A DNA stretch of 64,000 nucleotides, from IMG/VR virus record IMGVR_UViG_2609460245_000002, positions 1 through 64,000 of that record; one strand, given 5' to 3'. This DNA comes from an uncultured virus (IMG/VR IMGVR_UViG_2609460245_000002) (Duplodnaviria > Heunggongvirae > Uroviricota > Caudoviricetes). Below the pieces are notes generated by a model. The model saw only the letters and a program-made list of their open reading frames with translations. It was not told the origin of the DNA and ran no database searches. Position numbers and translations under genes: made by a program. Positions 57,948 through 64,000 of the stretch are shown here, one piece after another. The first letter of the stretch is position 1, and each line of letters begins with the position of its first letter.

Positions 57948-58414
57948 ATGCAAGTTATCAATATCGTAGAATACAACCCTATCGTCTGGCTTCGCTCGAT
58001 TCACGCCCACATGAAGGAAGGTTTCCGTGTCGTTCGGTCGATTGAAGGCTATCCTGTGTACGGTACCCTCTGTCAAGTGCAGATGTTCCGGCAGGAAGGC
58101 GTCAGCCTGAGATTGAAAAAGAGCTTGACGGCAATGAGGTCATTGTGCAAGAATGGGACGTTTTCAGCCTTCTGATGGGCATGCAAAATGCTTTCGATCA
58201 AGGTTTCCGCATTGATCTCGAAGACCCTCATTTCGCCAATATGAATTTCGCTCTCAAGTCTGTCAAGATGGTCCGAGAAGGCGCAGAGAAGCAGACTGAG
58301 GAAAAGTCTACAGAAGTAGCTAAGGAAGCTCCTGTAGAGGAAGTCCAAGAGACTGAATCGGAAGATAAACCAAAAACCCGCCGTCGTCGTACTACAAAGG
58401 AGAAAAGTGAATGA
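57948..58414 (+). CDS. Hypothetical protein, frameshifted near 58110
   Basis: Two ORFs with similar GFR motifs join across an A run. Confidence 0.55.
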
Positions 58415-58767
58415 AGTTTAACAAAGCACAACGTGAGTTTTTCAAAGACTACGCAATCCAGACTGTGAAGTCTACCCTGATGCAGGTTGCAGCCCAGAAC
58501 GGCCTAGAGATCAATCAGGAAGCTCTGGATCGCGCTATGGAAGTCGTAAACCTCGAACCTCTAGCGGAAGCAGCCGGGACTGCGTTCTTGGAACGAGTAG
58601 ACTTTAAAACCCTCGTCAAGGTTGACAAGTTTGTACGCACTGAAGAATTCCTGAGTGTAGCTCAGGCTGGTGCAGAAGTTGGTGAAGCTGTCAGCGGAGA
58701 GCTGAGCACAATCCTCCTTCCATTCTTTGCAATGCTGGGCTCTGGCCAGAAAGAAAGAGAGGAGTGA
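58411..58767 (+). CDS. Hypothetical protein
   Basis: 118-aa ORF. Confidence 0.65.
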   Translation: MKFNKAQREFFKDYAIQTVKSTLMQVAAQNGLEINQEALDRAMEVVNLEPLAEAAGTAFLERVDFKTLVKVDKFVRTEEFLSVAQAGAEVGEAVSGELSTILLPFFAMLGSGQKEREE

Positions 58768-58812
58768 TTCAGTAATAAGGGCTTTCGGGCCCATTTTTGT
58801 AAAGGAGGTATT

Positions 58813-59361
58813 ATGCCTGTTTCATGTACACAAAGTGTTAGCAATCGTTACTCCATCCTTCTGCCATACGTAATCAAGAGCCTCGAAGAACTCACAGAGG
58901 AGCTTTGGACCCTTGAAAATGCAGGTCAGAATGATGAAGTGTACATCACCATTAACGGATGCGGTGGACAGGTAGAGACCGCCAACGCTATAATCCGAGC
59001 GATCAAGGAGTGTCAAGCTCCAGTGCATGCCCGTCTCGAAGGTGAGTGTGCGTCTGCCATGACTGCCATCGCGCTAGCCTGCGACTCCGTTGAGATCAAC
59101 CAGTTCACATATTTCATGATCCACGCGCCTTCTTTTGGCGTTATATCTGCTGATTTCAGGAATAGCCTGAGGAATGCAGCGTTTAGCTCAGCGTGGTGCG
59201 ATAAATGGGTAGATCACGTCTACAGTGACTTCTTGACTGAGAAGGAGCTAGAGCGTGTAAAGGCAGGGGAAGAGCTTTACATCGGTGGCGAAGAGCTAGA
59301 AGACAAGCTCAGCGATTTCTTTGAAAAGAAACGCCTTGCAATGGAAGAAATTTCAGAGTAG
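58813..59361 (+). CDS. ClpP-like peptidase
   Basis: ING.GG.V, G.CASA, FMIH motifs. Confidence 0.8.
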   Translation: MPVSCTQSVSNRYSILLPYVIKSLEELTEELWTLENAGQNDEVYITINGCGGQVETANAIIRAIKECQAPVHARLEGECASAMTAIALACDSVEINQFTYFMIHAPSFGVISADFRNSLRNAAFSSAWCDKWVDHVYSDFLTEKELERVKAGEELYIGGEELEDKLSDFFEKKRLAMEEISE

Positions 59362-59420
59362 TATCATCAGGCCGGGACAGTAGTCGCCGGCCATTTTTCG
59401 GCCAAAGGAGGATATACAAG

Positions 59421-59606
59421 ATGTTAGAACTAATGCAGGAACTGAAGGGTCAGGCTATTGACAACAGTAAAGAAGGCGTGTACCTTCAGAAGATCAGAAA
59501 GGAGTGGAAATATGTTGAGGATTACATCCATGCTCTGGAGGAACTGGCGCTGTCGGTTATGCCTTCCGAGCTGCTAAAAGAGATTCAGGAGGATTGCGGA
59601 GTATGA
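59421..59606 (+). CDS. Hypothetical protein
   Basis: 61-aa ORF with AAGGAGG RBS. Confidence 0.55.
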   Translation: MLELMQELKGQAIDNSKEGVYLQKIRKEWKYVEDYIHALEELALSVMPSELLKEIQEDCGV

Positions 59607-59827
59607 GAGACGAGTTTGAAGCGTGGTGGAGGTCCGCCGAAGTTCTTAAATCAAAGCGCGCAGTCGCATTTGACGCTTGGCAAGCTAGCCGCGCGGCTCT
59701 GATGGTGGAGTTGCCTGCAAAGCGCTCATACAGCATGTACGTAACCAAGCATGAATGTCACGCGTTCAACGACGCCATAGAGAAGGCAAAAGAAGCCCTC
59801 CAGCAAGCCGGAATCGAGGTGAAGTGA
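59603..59827 (+). CDS. Hypothetical protein, paralog of 3620-3856
   Basis: RDEFEAWW...WQASRAAL.VELP...AGIEVK. Confidence 0.6.
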   Translation: MRDEFEAWWRSAEVLKSKRAVAFDAWQASRAALMVELPAKRSYSMYVTKHECHAFNDAIEKAKEALQQAGIEVK

Positions 59828-60013
59828 ATGGCGACGCGAACAGTTCACTACGACGAGTGGGACGGCGGCACAGAAGCGGACAGTGAAGAACCATATGACG
59901 TCTTCTGTGGCACCGATGGCGACTTCGAGGAGAAGAACTTCTCCCGCTACCGCAATCATATCACCTGCAAACGATGCCTTAAGTTGCTGGACAAGAAGAA
60001 GGAGGCTGCCTAA
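59828..60013 (+). CDS. Small Cys/His protein
   Basis: H...C...CKRC. Confidence 0.55.
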   Translation: MATRTVHYDEWDGGTEADSEEPYDVFCGTDGDFEEKNFSRYRNHITCKRCLKLLDKKKEAA

Positions 60014-60047
60014 TGGACACCAACAAGCTGAAGGAGGATTACTAGGT

Positions 60048-60326
60048 ATGAATAGTGTATGGGTGATATTTGGACAACTCTGGGACGACTACAGTGGAGA
60101 GTTCGATCTCCACATGCTTGGGGTACTGGGCAATACCAAAGCGGAGACTATCCGCAGGGTTGTATCGTCCTACCCGGGACTACCAGAGCCAGACGAGGAG
60201 CTTCTTGATTGCATCGTAGCAGGCCTGATTGTAAATGCAGAGTGTGAAGTAGACATTCCGTGCGGGAAGACAGGAAAAGACGAGTGGGTTATGTATTCTA
60301 TCCGTAAGAAGGAGGTGTATCAATGA
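60048..60326 (+). CDS. Hypothetical protein
   Basis: Start MNSVWV after AAGGAGG. Confidence 0.55.
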   Translation: MNSVWVIFGQLWDDYSGEFDLHMLGVLGNTKAETIRRVVSSYPGLPEPDEELLDCIVAGLIVNAECEVDIPCGKTGKDEWVMYSIRKKEVYQ

Positions 60327-60601
60327 GCAACCTAGTATGGGAGCTTGTATGGGAAGAAGAGTACGAGCCTGACCATAGAATGGGGCTATGGGTTGAGAAC
60401 CCGCCAAGTGTAGATCAGTTAGCTGAAGTACTCCTAGGGGCTTGCTGGAGACTGACAGATGATAAGGTGGAAGAGGCTGCTAACAGCCTACTGAAGTGCG
60501 GTGGTTACAAAGTGTCTCAATACCACGCTCTGAGTCTCGATAGCTTCTTTGCAGATACTGGACTAGGAAAGGAGGTAGAAATTGACCTCGAAGAACTCTG
60601 A
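60323..60601 (+). CDS. Hypothetical protein
   Basis: 92-aa ORF. Confidence 0.55.
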   Translation: MSNLVWELVWEEEYEPDHRMGLWVENPPSVDQLAEVLLGACWRLTDDKVEEAANSLLKCGGYKVSQYHALSLDSFFADTGLGKEVEIDLEEL

Positions 60602-60959
60602 TCTTTCAACTCAGATGATTGATAAAATCATTGCAAAAGAGTCGGTAGTAGGGCAGTATACAGTGGCTAAGCAGAAGGTGACCGTGATCGACTATGAAGA
60701 GTTTTCACGTCTGGACTTCCAGCCTCCGGCCACTTGGTTCATCAAGGATGCATCTGGCTACTACATCTTTGTCCACACGTCTCAGCGAGCTAAGGCTCAA
60801 GCGTGGATAGATGAAGAGTATGGCAAAGGGCGTTACACCGTCAATGCCAGCCGAGTGCAGAAGAAACACAACACGGGCGAGGGTAGCAAGCCAGCTTACG
60901 GTGTGGCCACCGTCGCGGGCAGAAGCGATAGGAGGGAATATGAAAGTAGTAAAACGTAA
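60582..60959 (+). CDS. Hypothetical protein
   Basis: 125-aa ORF. Confidence 0.55.
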   Translation: MTSKNSDLSTQMIDKIIAKESVVGQYTVAKQKVTVIDYEEFSRLDFQPPATWFIKDASGYYIFVHTSQRAKAQAWIDEEYGKGRYTVNASRVQKKHNTGEGSKPAYGVATVAGRSDRREYESSKT

Positions 60960-61209
60960 CGGTCACAAGTTGGAGTTGGAGAGCGACGAGATCAATATGC
61001 TGGTAGGACTTCTTGGTCACCTCTCGGCTTCGGCTGCGACCACGGACTTGGGTTGGTTTATGGAAGACCTCTACCAAGAGCTTGAGGTTAAAAGTGATCC
61101 GGAGGCGGTGAATAAATACGAGCAGGAGTTTCGGGCAAAGGCCTACGGCAGTGATGATCCCTCGGACTTCGTTATTTTAATCAAGGGTGCAGATGGAGAG
61201 TACAAATGA
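60940..61209 (+). CDS. Hypothetical protein
   Basis: Start MKVVKR after AGGAGG. Confidence 0.55.
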   Translation: MKVVKRNGHKLELESDEINMLVGLLGHLSASAATTDLGWFMEDLYQELEVKSDPEAVNKYEQEFRAKAYGSDDPSDFVILIKGADGEYK

Positions 61210-61418
61210 AGGACGTAGCAGGAAGGGATATCGAGATCGGCGACGCAGTAGCATTCTGCCTAGGCGGAACTGGAATGGTTATGCTGGTAGGCGAGGTGGT
61301 TGCAATCAATCCTAAGACTGTCAGTGTTAAAGCTGAAGCGTGGGACAAGTGGAGCGGAAAGCCATCAGTGCAAGTGTTCCTTCGCCGGGGCGATGCCGTT
61401 TGTAAAGTAGAAAACTAA
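61206..61418 (+). CDS. Small SH3-like hypothetical protein
   Basis: D..GR.I..GD.V motif. Confidence 0.55.
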   Translation: MKDVAGRDIEIGDAVAFCLGGTGMVMLVGEVVAINPKTVSVKAEAWDKWSGKPSVQVFLRRGDAVCKVEN

Positions 61419-61427
61419 GGAGGAGAT

Positions 61428-61664
61428 ATGACTGAACCGACTGAACCCACTGTAATGCGCATCGACGATGTGATCGAGGCTCTACAGACTCTTCGCACTG
61501 TGTATGGCAACTTGAAGGTAGCGGAGATTGAACACGGAGACCCGACTTGGAGCTATTACCCGCCTAGCGTTGTCTATTTGACAGACACTGACGAGTACTA
61601 CATGGAATTCGCGTGCCCTGAAGAGGGGTACTACGAGGAGATCGCGGTTCTAATTGGAGGTTAG
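61428..61664 (+). CDS. Hypothetical protein
   Basis: 78-aa ORF with AGGAG RBS. Confidence 0.55.
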   Translation: MTEPTEPTVMRIDDVIEALQTLRTVYGNLKVAEIEHGDPTWSYYPPSVVYLTDTDEYYMEFACPEEGYYEEIAVLIGG

Positions 61665-61666
61665 TC

Positions 61667-62083
61667 GTGAAGGTCAAGCACATTAAAGCTTACATGGAGG
61701 CCGCTGAGGCCTTCGCTAAGTGCAGCGACTCTACTCGTTCCAAGGTTGGTGCAGTTCTAGTAAAACGTAACCGTATCATCAGTTGCGGGTATAATGCCCT
61801 TCCAGAGCACCTAAACGGGCCGCTGGAGGACGAAACGGGAGTAACCAAGGCAGAGGTGAGGCATGCCGAAGAAAACGCACTGAGGGCCCTTATACGCAGC
61901 CCTGAGAGCGCCCAAGGGGCTACCCTGTTCGTCACTCACTCTTGCTGTAAAAATTGTGCTATCTCGGTGGTTGAAGCTGGGATCAAAGTAGTGTACTATA
62001 AGCACGAATATCGGCTCGACGAAGGTCTTAGGCACCTACGGGAGAATGATGTTCTTGTCATCAAATACGAGGAGGATCAATGA
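61667..62083 (+). CDS. dCMP deaminase
   Basis: KVGAV, GYN, HAEENA, CxxC. Confidence 0.88.
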   Translation: MKVKHIKAYMEAAEAFAKCSDSTRSKVGAVLVKRNRIISCGYNALPEHLNGPLEDETGVTKAEVRHAEENALRALIRSPESAQGATLFVTHSCCKNCAISVVEAGIKVVYYKHEYRLDEGLRHLRENDVLVIKYEEDQ

Positions 62084-63288
62084 GTTATTTTCAACGGCTG
62101 TATGGACTCGACAAGAAAGGCGGGTTCAAGGAGTGAACTGTAGAGGTGATCGGAGAGGAAGACGGTAGCTTCAATATTGTCGTGAAATACGGCAAAGAAC
62201 ATGGAGCCATGACCTCTCAGGTTACCAACATCCGAGTTGGTAAGCAGAAACGCTCTGTAGAGGAGCAGGCCGTGTCTGAGGCTCAGTCCAAGGTGAGCAA
62301 GCAGTTGGACAAGGGTTATCGTGCAACCAAGGAAGAACTCAACGATCTCCCTGTTATGGCTATGCTCGCAAAACCGCTTGATCCCGCTAAATACAAAGAG
62401 GGGTATGGCTCTCCTAAACTAGACGGCCTGCGTTGCATGGCTAAGAAAGCCAATGGAGTAGTTACGCTAGCGTCTCGCATGGGTAAACCTTACAATGTAC
62501 CGCACATCATCAAAGAACTCGAAGAGATCATGCAAGAGGGTGATGTGTGGGACGGCGAACTGTACGTCCACGGTGAGGTGCTGGAGGATATCAACTCGGC
62601 GGTCAAGCGAGAGGATGCCTACGATAAGTGGATGAAGGCTGAGAAGGCTCTTGACGCCTACGCTCTAGAGAACGGAGAGGAGGAGTATGATCGTCTCCTG
62701 AATGAAGTGGACAGCACGTCCTTTATTTACGGTCTTCGTAAGCGGATGGAATTTCACGTATTCGATATCGTGAAAGAAGGCTTGACATTCAAGGAGCGTC
62801 TGGTAGACTTCCAGTTCAAGGCTGCGACTGTTGCCGGGATCGGTAAAATTCGCTTCGTCGAGTACGTATTCTGCTCTACTTTCGAAGACCTCAAACGCCT
62901 TCACGACGTGTATCGTCAGAACGGCTATGAGGGCATCATGTGGCGTAGCCCGGAAGGGCTGTACGAGTCTGGTAAGCGTTCCAGTGGACTCCAGAAATAC
63001 AAAGAGTTCTTCGATATGGAAATGCAGATCGTGAACTACGTGGTGGACAAGAATGGAAACGCTGTTCTGGTGGTGTTCGACCCTGTGCCTCAAGAGATGC
63101 TTGAGGTGACGTATGGTGACTTTGAAGCCCGTAAGGACCAGATCACTAATTTTGAGAACTATCGGGGTAAGTGGTTGACTGTGCAAATTCAAAGTCGTTT
63201 CAAAAAGACCTTGCGTGCTCAGTTCCCAACTGGTAAACTAATTCGCGCTGGCCGGGTAATCGGCGGTGTATTTGTCCCTGAAGAATAA
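62080..63288 (+). CDS. ATP-dependent DNA ligase; in-frame TGA at codon 19
   Basis: KLDGLR, DGELY, FHVFD, EGIM and KYK motifs. Confidence 0.9.
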
Positions 63289-63300
63289 GGAGGATATAAA

Positions 63301-63765
63301 ATGTTCAACGCTAAGTCTGTCAATGTGACCACTGCAATCGACTCTGCCAAGGAGTTCCAGCTCTTGGATACTTCTACTATCCAGATTCGAAGTGTCATCC
63401 AGTTCATGGACGCCCTTACTTATAAATTTAACTACACGACTGGGTGTTTTGAAACCGAAACCCGAGGAGCGAAGCACATCAGCAAATTGAGTTTCAACAC
63501 TGCTGTGCGTCTGCACAACCTGTACCTTGTACCTATCTCGACGATGACCCAGCATGGCTTCTGGGCCCCAGCCGGGTGTGGGTATCGAAGTGCAGGGTTC
63601 ATCGATCTGGTTGTAAGTCCGGAGCTTATGGCAAAGGCGCAGGCCTGTAAGATCGTGAAAAATGCCAAAATCCAGAAGGATCGTAAAGGCAACATTCACA
63701 TTCAGTCCATGATGGTTGAGTTCCCCAACGCGGATTACGCACGCCGTTACAACTTGGGCTTATAA
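63301..63765 (+). CDS. Hypothetical protein
   Basis: 154-aa ORF with AAGGAGG RBS. Confidence 0.6.
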   Translation: MFNAKSVNVTTAIDSAKEFQLLDTSTIQIRSVIQFMDALTYKFNYTTGCFETETRGAKHISKLSFNTAVRLHNLYLVPISTMTQHGFWAPAGCGYRSAGFIDLVVSPELMAKAQACKIVKNAKIQKDRKGNIHIQSMMVEFPNADYARRYNLGL

Positions 63766-63781
63766 TAACCAAGTGATATAA

Positions 63782-63807
63782 AGCCCGCCCACAAGGCGGG
63801 CTTCTTT
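63782..63807 (+). terminator. Rho-independent terminator
   Basis: AGCCCGCC-CACAA-GGCGGGCT-TCTTT. Confidence 0.8.
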
Positions 63808-63822
63808 GTCTAAGGAGGTGTT

Positions 63823-64000
63823 ATGGAAACCTTAGAAGCTCTCGTTTTGTCGATCCTTCTAGCTTTTATTGGGATGTTCCTAGATATGGAATACTCTCGT
63901 CTCAAATACGGCACAGAACCTGTAGTAGAGTTCCAAGCCAGTCCCGGTCAAATCATAGAAAGCAAGCGCACCTTGTGTGAGTACAGAAAGCCTTGCAGGT
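63823..64000 (+). CDS. Membrane-anchored hypothetical protein, truncated by the window end
   Basis: AAGGAGG RBS, hydrophobic N-terminus. Confidence 0.5.
   Translation, partial: METLEALVLSILLAFIGMFLDMEYSRLKYGTEPVVEFQASPGQIIESKRTLCEYRKPCR

Overview
This window is about 64 kb of a lytic myovirus genome. Gene order and content (ThyX, NrdAB, family A polymerase, T7-type primase-helicase, muramidase endolysin, contractile tail, large tRNA cluster upstream of the terminase) resemble Pseudomonas Pakpunavirus-like phages; this is from recall, not from a search. Layout: 48-25628 (-) nucleotide metabolism, replication and small accessory genes; 26079-29089 (+) a small island with an RNA ligase and a MazG-like protein; 29127-54249 (-) lysis, tail, head and packaging genes; 54309-56825 (-) 18 recognisable tRNAs plus one degenerate tRNA-His; 57948-64000 (+) ClpP-like protein, dCMP deaminase and DNA ligase. 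Many essential genes carry single-base indels, which is most simply explained by an unpolished long-read assembly. The most unusual signal is non-coding. (1) A ~280-nt structured element occurs twice (25697-25977 and 57548-57826), each copy directly behind its own promoter at one of the two divergent-transcription switch points, with many compensatory base changes between the copies. (2) The tRNA cluster spacers hold several non-tRNA structured RNAs: a circularly permuted tRNA mimic (Y-RNA/YrlA-like topology), a tmRNA-TLD-like mimic, an RNA with a 14-nt perfect complement to the 16S rRNA 3' end, three hairpins displaying anti-Shine-Dalgarno CCUCC loops, and an H-type pseudoknot. All folds were worked out by hand and all functions are hypotheses.
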